From Terriglobia bacterium (lineage in GTDB: Bacteria > Acidobacteriota > Terriglobia > Bryobacterales > Bryobacteraceae), in NCBI GenBank assembly GCA_963788245.1, contig CAWBGF010000001.1, forward strand, positions 184,470 through 248,469: a stretch of 64,000 nucleotides of DNA. Direction: 5' to 3'. The notes under the pieces are model-generated. The model was not told the origin of the DNA. It searched no databases and worked only from the letters and a program-made list of their open reading frames with translations. The translations under genes and the position numbers were made by a program. Shown in pieces: positions 30,683 through 39,143 of this stretch (positions are counted from its first letter, which is position 1; the number at the start of each line of letters is the position of its first letter).

Positions 30683-30768
30683 CTCCAGCGTCGTAAGATC
30701 GTCAATCCGGTCGATAGCGTTCGGCGAGATGGTGGCGGCGCGCGCGGAATTAATAGGGAACAACGTGG

Positions 30769-31176
30769 TCACCTCGGCGCCTGACGTACTCGAGTACCGG
30801 GCGCTTTCCTCTTCAATTTGATCTGATTGTATTCAACGGCGGCACGGACGAGATTCTTTAGAGCACGCGCATTAATCTTGTCGCCCTCGAAAAAATCGAT
30901 CGCTCGCCACATGTTGCCTCCCAGGCCCGCGTTGAAGAGCTTGTCAGGATCGGGGAGGCTCGCCCCCTGGGAAAAGGTAAGCTTCACCTTATCTTTGTGG
31001 GCGTTGGCGACCGCGATCATTCCGTCGCGGGACCACACTGGGCTTCCCATCCACTTCCATTCCTCGATGATCTCCCGGTCGGCGTCAACGATACTCTTGC
31101 GGATGGCGGCGAGCGTTTTGCCGCGCCAGTCTGTGATTTGTGCGATCAGTTGGTCAATACGTTCCGATGGATTCAT
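30769..31176 (-). CDS. DUF1801 (YdhG-like) domain protein
   Basis: EEWKWMGSPVWSRDGMIAVANAHKDKVKLTF ... ALKNLVRAAVEYN. Confidence 0.7.
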   Translation of the reverse strand: MNPSERIDQLIAQITDWRGKTLAAIRKSIVDADREIIEEWKWMGSPVWSRDGMIAVANAHKDKVKLTFSQGASLPDPDKLFNAGLGGNMWRAIDFFEGDKINARALKNLVRAAVEYNQIKLKRKAPGTRVRQAPR

Positions 31177-31206
31177 TGTCGTTATACCTCGAATTCTTGC
31201 CGGTTT

Positions 31207-31464
31207 TCATGCGAATAGTTTCGCTGGAGCGTCTTGATTGTTCGATCTCTTCGAAATAAGTCGTCGAAGGACATGGCCTTTCCACATCCACAATCCCGAG
31301 AGGAGCATTAAAGGAACGACGACAAACCGAACACGTGGGGCGTACTTTGGGATTTCTTCAAACGGACTATAAATATACCCGAGTATCGGAATACTCAAGA
31401 CAATGTGAATCCAGCGAACAATCGAACGTTTGGTGGCCTCTTTCATGATTAATTTGTCCTCCAT
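31207..31464 (-). CDS. small membrane protein (2 TM), hypothetical
   Basis: 85-aa ORF packed tightly between neighbouring genes on the same strand. Confidence 0.4.
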   Translation of the reverse strand: MEDKLIMKEATKRSIVRWIHIVLSIPILGYIYSPFEEIPKYAPRVRFVVVPLMLLSGLWMWKGHVLRRLISKRSNNQDAPAKLFA

Positions 31465-31467
31465 TCA

Positions 31468-32037
31468 CTACTTTTGATCCGCCTGAGGCGGCCAGTTGGG
31501 CGGATCAATACCGAACTGCTTGGCGTACTCCGCGTTCAGCCGCTGCCAGCCCCCGAACTTCATTGCCTCGGGGCCGACGATGCGGCCGAGGGGAGTGCCG
31601 CTGAGAAGGTGATCCAGAACATCCAAACAAATGTGCCACCCGGCAGCACCCATGGAGATGAAGCGGTGACCGATGTTGGTCCGCAGCGTCAGGCGCGTGC
31701 CGCCGCCAAGGGCTTCGAGTTCCCACCGGACGTCGAAGCCACCCCAGTTGTACTCAAGCACCTTGGGAGCCTCGGCTCGCGTCACTGTTGTTTCGGTAAC
31801 GCGCGGCGTGGGCGCTCCCACCGTGGTGAGCTTCACCGCGCTCCCGACTATACCCAGGCTTCCATCGGCTTCAAACGGCGCCCATTCGCGGAGATGCGCC
31901 GGGTCGGTAAGCGCCTGCCAGACTTTTTCCGGCGAGTGGCGCAGCTCTCTGACCAGAACCAGCGTCCACTTCTCTCCGTCCTTTCGTATCTGGGCCCCGC
32001 TGGCAGGACCCGGTGTGTACTGCTCGCGATAGGTCAT
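31468..32037 (-). CDS. SRPBCC (AHSA1/START-like) family protein
   Basis: LVLVRELRHSPEKVWQALTDPAHLREWAPF pattern; sits in an ArsR-linked operon, as is typical for this family. Confidence 0.7.
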   Translation of the reverse strand: MTYREQYTPGPASGAQIRKDGEKWTLVLVRELRHSPEKVWQALTDPAHLREWAPFEADGSLGIVGSAVKLTTVGAPTPRVTETTVTRAEAPKVLEYNWGGFDVRWELEALGGGTRLTLRTNIGHRFISMGAAGWHICLDVLDHLLSGTPLGRIVGPEAMKFGGWQRLNAEYAKQFGIDPPNWPPQADQK

Positions 32038-32047
32038 CTTCTTCTCC

Positions 32048-32446
32048 TTAGCGTGAATAGCGCGCCAGTTGAGTGAGCTGAATGAGGTTGCCGCAGGTGT
32101 CTTTCAGCGTCGCAATGATCGAGGCGGTTACGTCGGTCGGCGGCATCGTGAACTCGGCGCCCAGGGCCTTGATCCGCTCGTAGTCGCCCTTGACGTCGTC
32201 GGTGAAGAACATGGCCGCGGGCTGGCCCTGTTGAAATATCGCCTCCTGATACGCTTTGGCCGCGGGGTTGTTGTTCAGCGCCAGTTGCAATTCAGTGCCG
32301 GCCGGCTCCTCGGGCGAGGCCACGGTCAGCCAGCGAAATGGCCCGTTGCTGAAATCGGCCTTCTTGGCAAAGCCCAATACCTCCGTATAGAAGCGCAGGG
32401 CCTTCTCCTGGTCGTCCACGTATATGCTGGTCACTTTGATTTTCAT
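32048..32446 (-). CDS. VOC (glyoxalase) family protein
   Basis: MKIKVTSIYVDDQEKALRFYTEVLGF ... Confidence 0.75.
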   Translation of the reverse strand: MKIKVTSIYVDDQEKALRFYTEVLGFAKKADFSNGPFRWLTVASPEEPAGTELQLALNNNPAAKAYQEAIFQQGQPAAMFFTDDVKGDYERIKALGAEFTMPPTDVTASIIATLKDTCGNLIQLTQLARYSR

Positions 32447-32458
32447 GTTTCTCCCCTT

Positions 32459-32869
32459 TCACACTCGCGTGTCGCGTTCGCGGTTTGGGCCGCGCCGTTT
32501 TCTCCTTGTCTTCCGTTTCGTTGGTGTTGGCTGAACTAGGTGATCCATGTGATCCCTGTCCATGTGCTCCATGCGGTCGAGGTGGCGTTCGAGCGCATCC
32601 ACGTGAGCGGACCAGAACCGGCGGAACGGAGCCAGCCACGCATCCACCTCCTGAAGTGGTTCAGGTTTCAGCCGGTAGAGACGCCGCTGTGCGTCCACCG
32701 TGGATTCCACGAAACCGGCCTCTCGCAGCACTCGCAGGTGCTTTGACACGGTCGGCTGCGGCATACGAAGGTGACGCTCGATCTCCCCCACCGACTGTTG
32801 TGACGAGACCAGCAGGCTCAGTATCGCCCGGCGGTTCGGCTCCGCAATGATTTCGAACACGGATTCCAC
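32459..32869 (-). CDS. ArsR/SmtB-family transcriptional regulator; start set to GTG at 32869
   Basis: FEIIAEPNRRAILSLL..SVGEI..HLRMPQPTVSKHLRVLREAGFV. Confidence 0.8.
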   Translation of the reverse strand: MESVFEIIAEPNRRAILSLLVSSQQSVGEIERHLRMPQPTVSKHLRVLREAGFVESTVDAQRRLYRLKPEPLQEVDAWLAPFRRFWSAHVDALERHLDRMEHMDRDHMDHLVQPTPTKRKTRRKRRGPNRERDTRV

Positions 32870-33057
32870 GCTCTGAATATACTCTACAGAGCATATGCGT
32901 GTCAAGGTATATAAAGCCAGGCGTCCGGGCAACGGGTTCAGTCGGGGAATCCGGTTTCCCCCGGTGTTCCCCCAAACGGCGGAACATGCCGGCAAGTCCC
33001 TCGGCTCTCCGACGATCCCCGGACCGGGAAACCGGTAGGAGAAAGAAGGATGATTTT

Positions 33058-33244
33058 AGAGAAAGGGACACAGCGCTCCGTCCCTTTTCACTGCAAGTCA
33101 TTGAGGGCAGGGCAGTGGGAAAGACCGAAACCGAAGTCGTCGATTCTGGCTGTCCCCTTCGTCCCCCCCTTCGTCCCCTGTCCCCTTCGTCCCCTTCGTC
33201 CCCTTCGTCCCCCTTCGTCCCTTCCCCGTCGTCCCCTTCGTCCC
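33058..33244. repeat. satellite-plus-module copy A (inverted): about 95-bp module followed by a C-rich (GTCCCCTTC)n array
   Basis: The reverse complement begins GGGGACAGCCAGAATCGACGACTTCGGTTTCG.., matching copies B and C. Confidence 0.85.
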
Positions 33245-33409
33245 GCAGAATCTCTCGAAGCCCTTCGGAACGGTGATCGCGATCGACGGCAACGTCGGCG
33301 TGATCCGCGTTCCCTAGTCTTGGGGTGCCTGAGTGGAGTGTCGCAGAGGAAGTATTGGTATGTTTCAACCCCGCCATCGCGCGGGCAAACAGCGCGTAGA
33401 TCCGCGGAC

Positions 33410-34468
33410 CTAGTCCTGGTTTTGGCGGCGGCGCCAGCTTGAAGCAGCACGTATCCCAGTGAGGATCGCCAGGCCCGCGCCGAGCAGGCCTAGGGTTCCA
33501 GGTTCCGGTGTGCTCGAATTCACGTTGAAGCCGACGGCGTTGAGTACTTCTATTTCCGATCCGCCGTCAGTGGTTATGTCTATAGTCCCGTCGGACGCTT
33601 CGTAATCCTGAACCTTGAGGTCACTGAAGTTGACGAGCCAGTCGCCATAGTCTCCGCTAGTCGGGGAATTGTTATAGTCCGCGATATCGGTGACCCCGCC
33701 GTCGATCGAAAAGTACGCAGGGGTTCCATTGGCAGAGCCGAAAAAACTGCGGGTTCCGGCTGAGGCGTAACGGAACAGATCGGCTGGTGACGCGTCGGTG
33801 CCGGTGAAATTGCCGGTGCATCCGTTGTACGGGACGCTGCCGTTTCCCGCGATACACGAGATGGTTCCGAGAGTTTCGTCCGTCTCATGCTCCACGATGC
33901 TGAAGAAATCAAGTCCGTCTACGGGGTCCGAGGGCGAGACCGGGTAGTCGAAAGTGAACCCACTGCCGATCTCTATGACGCCGGTGTAGCAAGGAGAGTC
34001 CACACCTAGAGTGCAGGAGTCGAATCCGCCCGGACTGCTTGCATCGGGTACGATTCCAGCCGTGTTCGCCCCTCCGTCGGTGATATCGAGAGCGGATGCC
34101 AGCGCGGGCGTAAGGTCGATATTTTCGTTCGTATTTCCGTACGGGTAAAGAGGATCAGAGACTGTCAGGCTGCTATACGCAGTTGGATCGTTGGTGGAAA
34201 GGCCCAGCGCCGTATAGTAGGTCGAGTATGGAACAGCAGTGAGGTTCACAAAGCTCTCACCGTACGCAAAGATGGGGGCGAAGGTGACATAGATGTTAGC
34301 GTTTATATTTTTAAAAATGCTGTTGTATTCACCCGCGACTGTCGACCCTTGCAGGTCACCGCAGATTCCCGCGCCGATGCTGGCGTCGCAGGTGTAGGTG
34401 AGGGTGGCGAGCGCCGGCAGAGTCGCTCCAAGAAGAACCGTCGTTAAGAAGGCCAAGCGTATTTTCAT
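33410..34468 (-). CDS. PEP-CTERM sorting-domain secreted protein
   Basis: Signal peptide; C-terminal PEPGTLGLLGAGLAILTGI..RRRQ PEP-CTERM anchor. Confidence 0.8.
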   Translation of the reverse strand: MKIRLAFLTTVLLGATLPALATLTYTCDASIGAGICGDLQGSTVAGEYNSIFKNINANIYVTFAPIFAYGESFVNLTAVPYSTYYTALGLSTNDPTAYSSLTVSDPLYPYGNTNENIDLTPALASALDITDGGANTAGIVPDASSPGGFDSCTLGVDSPCYTGVIEIGSGFTFDYPVSPSDPVDGLDFFSIVEHETDETLGTISCIAGNGSVPYNGCTGNFTGTDASPADLFRYASAGTRSFFGSANGTPAYFSIDGGVTDIADYNNSPTSGDYGDWLVNFSDLKVQDYEASDGTIDITTDGGSEIEVLNAVGFNVNSSTPEPGTLGLLGAGLAILTGIRAASSWRRRQNQD

Positions 34469-34579
34469 ATATCGAAACCCTGAGAAAGTAAACGGAGGTC
34501 TCCGTTTTGGCCTCCTAGCTCGATAAGCATATAGCGAGTATACGGCAAGTCGCCTCGGGGCACCGCGCTATTTGTGTGT

Positions 34580-34700
34580 GGACGAAGTGGACGAAGTGAC
34601 GAAGTGGACGAAGGGGACAGCCAGAATCAACGACTTCGTTTTCGCCTCTTCTCACCACCTTGTGTTCAAAGACTTACAGCGAAAAGGGACGCAGCCCTGG
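34580..34700. repeat. satellite-plus-module copy B: (GGACGAAGT/G)n then GACAGCCAGAATCAACGACTTCGTTTTCGCC.. module
   Basis: About 6 mismatches over about 83 nt to copy C by manual alignment. Confidence 0.85.
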
Positions 34701-34810
34701 AGTGAACCCCGATTTTGAGAGGAAGGGGGAAATCGGTGAGTGGAAATCGGTGCCAGACGGAACAATTCGGGATTTTCGTGAGGGAGCCGGAGAGGCCCGT
34801 GTCCGCCACT

Positions 34811-34854
34811 CCCCCTTCGTTCCCCTCGTTCGAGTCCCCTTCGTTCCGTCTCCC
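34811..34854. repeat. degenerate C-rich satellite patch (CCCCTTCGTTCC-like units)
   Basis: cccccttcgttcccctcgttcgagtccccttcgttccgtctccc. Confidence 0.6.
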
Positions 34855-34898
34855 ACGCCTGATTCCAGTCGATAGAAATTCAGTGTATATTCAGTCCG

Positions 34899-35366
34899 AT
34901 GGCGCGCCGCCCGCCCGATCCACAACTGCTCGGCTTCCTCGAAGCCTACCACCGGCCAATTTCCAACCTGGCCCTGGCTCTGCGCGAAATCATTTTGGAG
35001 GAAGCGCCCGACGCGTCTGAATCGATCTATCAGGTCTACACGGTGGCCATCTGGTTCGGGTTCAGCGGAAAAATGAAGGACATGTTCTGCTACATCGCGA
35101 CCAATGCCGCGCATGTAAACCTCGGGTTCCCGCGCGGCGCTGCCCTGCCGGATCCGAATCGTGTGCTCGAAGGCGAAGGCAAGACCATGCGCCACATCAA
35201 ATTCGCAAGCGAGCGCGATCTGGAACGCCCTTTCGTGCGGCGGTACATCCAGGCTGCGATCGAACAGGTCGGCGCGCCGGGTGGTGGTGGAACCGGCAAG
35301 AGCGTAGTCAAGAGCGCAAGCGGCAGTGTGCGAAAGCCGCGCGCCAAGAAGTCGCGCAGGAATTAG
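34899..35366 (+). CDS. DUF1801 domain protein
   Basis: ..FCYIATNAAHVNLGFPRGAALPDPNRVLEGEGKTMRHIKF.. resembles the YdhG-like fold family. Confidence 0.65.
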   Translation: MARRPPDPQLLGFLEAYHRPISNLALALREIILEEAPDASESIYQVYTVAIWFGFSGKMKDMFCYIATNAAHVNLGFPRGAALPDPNRVLEGEGKTMRHIKFASERDLERPFVRRYIQAAIEQVGAPGGGGTGKSVVKSASGSVRKPRAKKSRRN

Positions 35367-35551
35367 CAGAGAGCGTAACAGGGAAAACGTACGGAAGTCG
35401 GTCGACAGTTCTGTCTGTCACCGATTTCCTCCGTCGCATGTGCCCCTGGGCTCCCGCTCGGTCGGTGGGCTCCCTACAAAGAGTGGTCCTGAAACGGAGT
35501 GGAAAGGGAGCGCAAGAACGGGTCCTGTTTATTAGGCGCAGCGTGACGAGG

Positions 35552-36388
35552 TTACAACCCTTTGGGGTGATGGAGCCGCCAGCCAGCGTCGAATGCCGTG
35601 CTGCGCATATTGTGAGCGAGATAGAAGTCCCAATCCATATCAAGCTGCTTAAGGAGCGCGAATTGCTTGCGCGCAAATCCAGCGCGCTCCATGTAGAAGC
35701 CGATCGCTTGGTGGTACGGGTAAACATGGTCGAGCTTTTGAAGGGTGTCGATGAGCTTGGTTATAGAAACCTCTTTCCTAGCCCGACGATAGGCTTCCAG
35801 CACGTGTTCGACGCCACCGGCATAACCGGGTCTGACGGTGACATCTATGAGAGTTCGCTCGAGGCTGGTTACTCTGACCTTTGCCCCGGTGGCGAGGAGC
35901 AGCGTGCGCACTTCCAGCCCCCGCGTATGTTTTCCGCTGAGCACGACTATCTCGTGTTGCCTGTAACGGAAGATGAACGCGGACTGCCGGTGCTTGCCCC
36001 GGAAGGCGCGATCGAGGGATTCCTGGGTCAGCCCGCCGGAGGGTTTGGGCTTTTCGCTCTGCTCGTAGTTTACGCAGAGGTCCTTGGGGAGGCGATCCAG
36101 CAGCTTGTGGATGAAGAGCGCGCTTGAATGACAGAGATAAGACTTGGGCGCACGCACGGACGCAGCTACTTCGAGAGGGTCGGGGTCGCGCCAGAGGCAT
36201 CGAGGAAACTCGTGCGCGTACTTGGAACTTTCGAGCACGAAGCTGCGGAGCGGAAGGGTCTTCAGGAGGTCGTTGATTATATCGTTAGCCGAAGCGCTTT
36301 CGACGATGCCCCACTGCTTGCGATGCGCTTCAACCACTCGGAGAAGTTCTTGCCGGGTGAATACTCGTTTCCCGGAGCGGTCCAGCAT
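35552..36388 (-). CDS. AbiEi-like (COG5340-type) antitoxin/transcriptional regulator with no cognate toxin downstream
   Basis: SYLCHSSALFIH..., VRVTSLERTLIDVTVRPGYAGG.., YPYHQAIGFYMERAG match the AbiEi/COG5340 C-terminal pattern as I recall it. Confidence 0.55.
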   Translation of the reverse strand: MLDRSGKRVFTRQELLRVVEAHRKQWGIVESASANDIINDLLKTLPLRSFVLESSKYAHEFPRCLWRDPDPLEVAASVRAPKSYLCHSSALFIHKLLDRLPKDLCVNYEQSEKPKPSGGLTQESLDRAFRGKHRQSAFIFRYRQHEIVVLSGKHTRGLEVRTLLLATGAKVRVTSLERTLIDVTVRPGYAGGVEHVLEAYRRARKEVSITKLIDTLQKLDHVYPYHQAIGFYMERAGFARKQFALLKQLDMDWDFYLAHNMRSTAFDAGWRLHHPKGL

Positions 36389-36465
36389 AGCCGCGATAGT
36401 CTGGGAAGGGTTCTTCGCCGCGTTGGCGCGAAAGATCTGGCTTGGGTTAAGCTTGTGACGATCGG

Positions 36466-37137
36466 TTGTTTTGTAAGAAAAATGTGGTATTTTTTCTTAC
36501 AGAACCCGAGGGCGATACATTGGCTCAATCCATTGAAGATAAGCTGGTTAGTAGAATCTACGGAAACGGGAGGGGGTGGGCCTTCTCCCAGGCTGATTTT
36601 GCTGACGTAGGAAGCCGTTCTGCTATCGATCTCGCGCTTCATCGCCGGAAACACGACGGCACCATCCGACGGGTCATCCGAGGCATTTACGATTATCCCC
36701 GCCACAGCAAAGCGCTTCGGCGCCCGGTCAGCCCCGATATTAATCAGGTCGCTCACGCTCTTGCGCGCAAATTTGCATGGCGCATCCAGCCCGATGGCGC
36801 GACGGCTCAAAATCTTCTGGGGCTGTCCACTCAGGTCCCGGCCCGTGTGGTCTATCTGTCCGACGGTCCTGATCGCTCTTACACTGTGGGAAAGACATTC
36901 CTCGCCTTCGAGCACACCGCTTTGAAGGAAGCAGGATTCAAACTTCCGGAGAGCCGCCTCATCGTGCAAGCGCTGAGAGCATACGGGGAAAATCGCATCA
37001 CGCCTAAGATCGTTGCGCAGGTCCGCAAAAAGTTCGGCCCTGCCCTACGCCAACGGATACTCATCGATACCAAGACGGCTACGGGATGGGTGTACGCGGC
37101 GATCCAGGAAATCGCCAAAGAAGATCCGAATGGATAA
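36466..37137 (+). CDS. DUF6088 / AbiEi-family type IV antitoxin (likely TTG start at 36520)
   Basis: GRGWAFSQADFADVGSRSAIDLALHR..GTIRRVIRGIYDYP ... LLGLSTQVPARVVYLSDG; GAGGG RBS 7 nt before the TTG. Confidence 0.7.
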   Translation: MFCKKNVVFFLTEPEGDTLAQSIEDKLVSRIYGNGRGWAFSQADFADVGSRSAIDLALHRRKHDGTIRRVIRGIYDYPRHSKALRRPVSPDINQVAHALARKFAWRIQPDGATAQNLLGLSTQVPARVVYLSDGPDRSYTVGKTFLAFEHTALKEAGFKLPESRLIVQALRAYGENRITPKIVAQVRKKFGPALRQRILIDTKTATGWVYAAIQEIAKEDPNG

Positions 37138-38137
37138 ACTCGCACGGCTGCCTGCGCAGGAGCGCCAGGATATCTTCTCTGAAGCGGCGGCAATGCGCGG
37201 CATCAGGCCGACGATCATCGAAAAGGACTTTTGGGTCTGCCTCGTTCTCAAGCTCCTTTTCCTGAAATCGCCCTTCGCGAAATCCTTGGTCTTCAAGGGA
37301 GGCACCTCCCTCTCGAAGGCGCACGGGCTGATTGAACGCTTCTCCGAGGACATTGATCTGGTTCTTGACTGGAAAGTCATCGGATTCGGGGACGGCGCGA
37401 AAGATCCGATGCAAAGCTTCGATTCGAAATCGAAGCAGGATCAATTCAATAAAGAGATAAACCGTCAGGCTGCGGACTTCATCGCGAAGACGCTCTGTCC
37501 TGAACTTGACGTTCTTCTTCGAAGCGAAGGCCTCGGCCTGTCGGCCGCGGTGGACCCGGCTGATCCTCATGTCATCAACATTCAGTACCCGGCCGCGTTC
37601 TCGGAAACCTATATCCGGCCGGAGGTCCGCCTTGAGATTGGCCCCCTCGCCTCATGGGTACCCTCCGCGACGTACACAATTCGGCCATACGCTTACGATG
37701 CCTTGCCACAAGTCTTCGAGAACCCGGCGTGCGAAGTCGTGGCAATTGCGGCCGAACGCATGTTTTGGGAGAAGGCAACGATCCTTCATCAGGAAGCGCA
37801 CAGGCAGACGCAGATCCCCCAACGATATTCGCGACACTACTATGACCTTTACAAACTGGCTGTTAGTCCTACTCGGGCCTCTGCCTTGGCTCAAAGCGGC
37901 CTCTTGCAAGACGTCGTGACGTTCAAGCAGCGCTTCTACCCATCGGTGTGGGCCCGCCACGATCTCGCGGTTCCCGGCACGTTTAAGCTGCTCCCCACGG
38001 CGGAAGCACGGCTTGCAGATTTGGAGCGCGATTACCAGGACATGCAGGTAATGCTTTTCGGGAATGCTCCTGACTTCAGTTCCGTCCTTGATGAATTGAG
38101 GAAACTGGAATCCGAGATCAATTCGATTGCCCAGTAA
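37130..38137 (+). CDS. nucleotidyltransferase AbiEii/AbiGii toxin family protein (DUF1814)
   Basis: IIEKDFWVCLVL..LVFKGGTSLSKAHGLIERFSEDIDL motif; 8-nt overlap with the upstream antitoxin gene. Confidence 0.85.
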   Translation: MDKLARLPAQERQDIFSEAAAMRGIRPTIIEKDFWVCLVLKLLFLKSPFAKSLVFKGGTSLSKAHGLIERFSEDIDLVLDWKVIGFGDGAKDPMQSFDSKSKQDQFNKEINRQAADFIAKTLCPELDVLLRSEGLGLSAAVDPADPHVINIQYPAAFSETYIRPEVRLEIGPLASWVPSATYTIRPYAYDALPQVFENPACEVVAIAAERMFWEKATILHQEAHRQTQIPQRYSRHYYDLYKLAVSPTRASALAQSGLLQDVVTFKQRFYPSVWARHDLAVPGTFKLLPTAEARLADLERDYQDMQVMLFGNAPDFSSVLDELRKLESEINSIAQ

Positions 38138-38143
38138 ACCTGA

Positions 38144-38481
38144 GGGCGGGGGACGAGGGGGGACGAGGGGCGACGAGAGGGGGACGCGACGAGGGGGACG
38201 CGACGAGGGCGACGAGGGGGCGACGAGGGGGACGGGCGACGAGGGGGACGGGGCGACGAGGGGGCGACGAGGGGCGACGAGAGGGGGACGCGACGAGGGG
38301 GACGCGACGAGGGCGACGAGGGGGCGACGAGGGGGACGGGCGACGAGGGGGACGGGGCGACGAGGGGGCGACGAGGAGGACGAGGAGGACAGCCAGAATC
38401 GACGACTTCGTTTTCGCCTATCGTCACCACCTTGTGTTCAAAGACTTACAGCGAGAAGGGACGGAGCCCTCTGTCCCTTTT
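38144..38481. repeat. satellite-plus-module copy C: about 245 bp of G-rich (GACGAGGGG)-type satellite with a 104-bp higher-order repeat x2, then the conserved module
   Basis: Higher-order units start at 38171 and 38275; module GACAGCCAGAATCGACGACTTCGTTTTCGCCTATCGTCACCACCTTGTGTTCAAAGACTTACAGCGAG.. Confidence 0.9.
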
Positions 38482-38585
38482 CGCAAATTCGACGAATTGA
38501 GGTCGGGACTCCCGTGAGTCTTAACCGGGCGGCCCCGAAATCGCGTCTGGCGGCCACCAAGGCACCGCCCCGCTGAACCGGTTTC

Positions 38586-38951
38586 TTACTTCAGTCCGAT
38601 CGCCGTCGAGTGCTTCGGCTGATACAGCCCGACCTTGCTCCCACCCGGCAGCGTAATCCTGGTGATCGATCCCCAGCGCTCCTCATGCAACTCCGAGCAC
38701 GCCACGCCCTTAACCGCGAGCCTCGCGATCTCCGCCTTCACGTCGTCACACATCAGGTAGAGTTCGTGTCTTGGGTTCGTTTGGTCGTTTGCCCCCTCCT
38801 CGGGGTGAAAGGCGGCTTCGGCAGGTGGAAGCGCGAAGATCAGCCACCCGTGACCCGCGTCAACCGATTGAAACCCCAGTACATCTCTGAAAAATGCTCG
38901 ATCCGCGCCGGCATCCCGGCTGAAGACGATTACGTGCGATCCGTTGATCAT
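38586..38951 (-). CDS. VOC (glyoxalase/extradiol dioxygenase-like) family protein; start moved to MINGSHV (AAGGA RBS)
   Basis: HVIVFSRDAGADRAFFRDVLGF; the upstream ATG at 38984 lies inside a REP unit. Confidence 0.7.
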   Translation of the reverse strand: MINGSHVIVFSRDAGADRAFFRDVLGFQSVDAGHGWLIFALPPAEAAFHPEEGANDQTNPRHELYLMCDDVKAEIARLAVKGVACSELHEERWGSITRITLPGGSKVGLYQPKHSTAIGLK

Positions 38952-38974
38952 AAGATCATCCTTTTCTTTTACTT

Positions 38975-39043
38975 CCAGCCCCATCCGTAAGGTTGGGGCT
39001 TGCCGCCATCACGTGGAAGCCCCAACCTCACGGATGGGGCTGG
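38975..39043. repeat. REPIN-like inverted doublet of family 3 (17-nt spacer)
   Basis: ccagccccatccgtaaggttggggct / agccccaacctcacggatggggctgg. Confidence 0.8.
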
Positions 39044-39143
39044 CAGACGGCGATGACCGGGGCAAAACTTCCAAGTCCTTGCTACAAAGGCGAATTCTTG
39101 CATCCTAAGATCATATATGGTAATCTCTATAGACAAGTAGACT

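Noticed and set aside
36277-36969. 230-aa minus-strand ORF overlapping the DUF6088/AbiEi gene
   Set aside because: The opposite-strand gene has a clear family match and coupling to AbiEii. This ORF has no motifs and would overlap two real genes.
38144-38389. Possible CRISPR array or coding Gly/Arg-rich protein (ORFs 38127-38576 plus strand and 38032-38430 minus strand; likewise 33050-33450)
   Set aside because: The units are only 9-10 nt with no unique spacers, so this is a satellite and not CRISPR. The ORFs are translations of the satellite in both strands (RGTRGDEG.., PSSPSSP..).
33058-38481. Interpretation of the repeated modules as integron attC sites delimiting cassettes
   Set aside because: There is no intI gene in the window. 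One copy is inverted, cassette genes are on both strands, and I could not find the R''/L''/L'/R' core arrangement (RYYYAAC...GTTRRRY).
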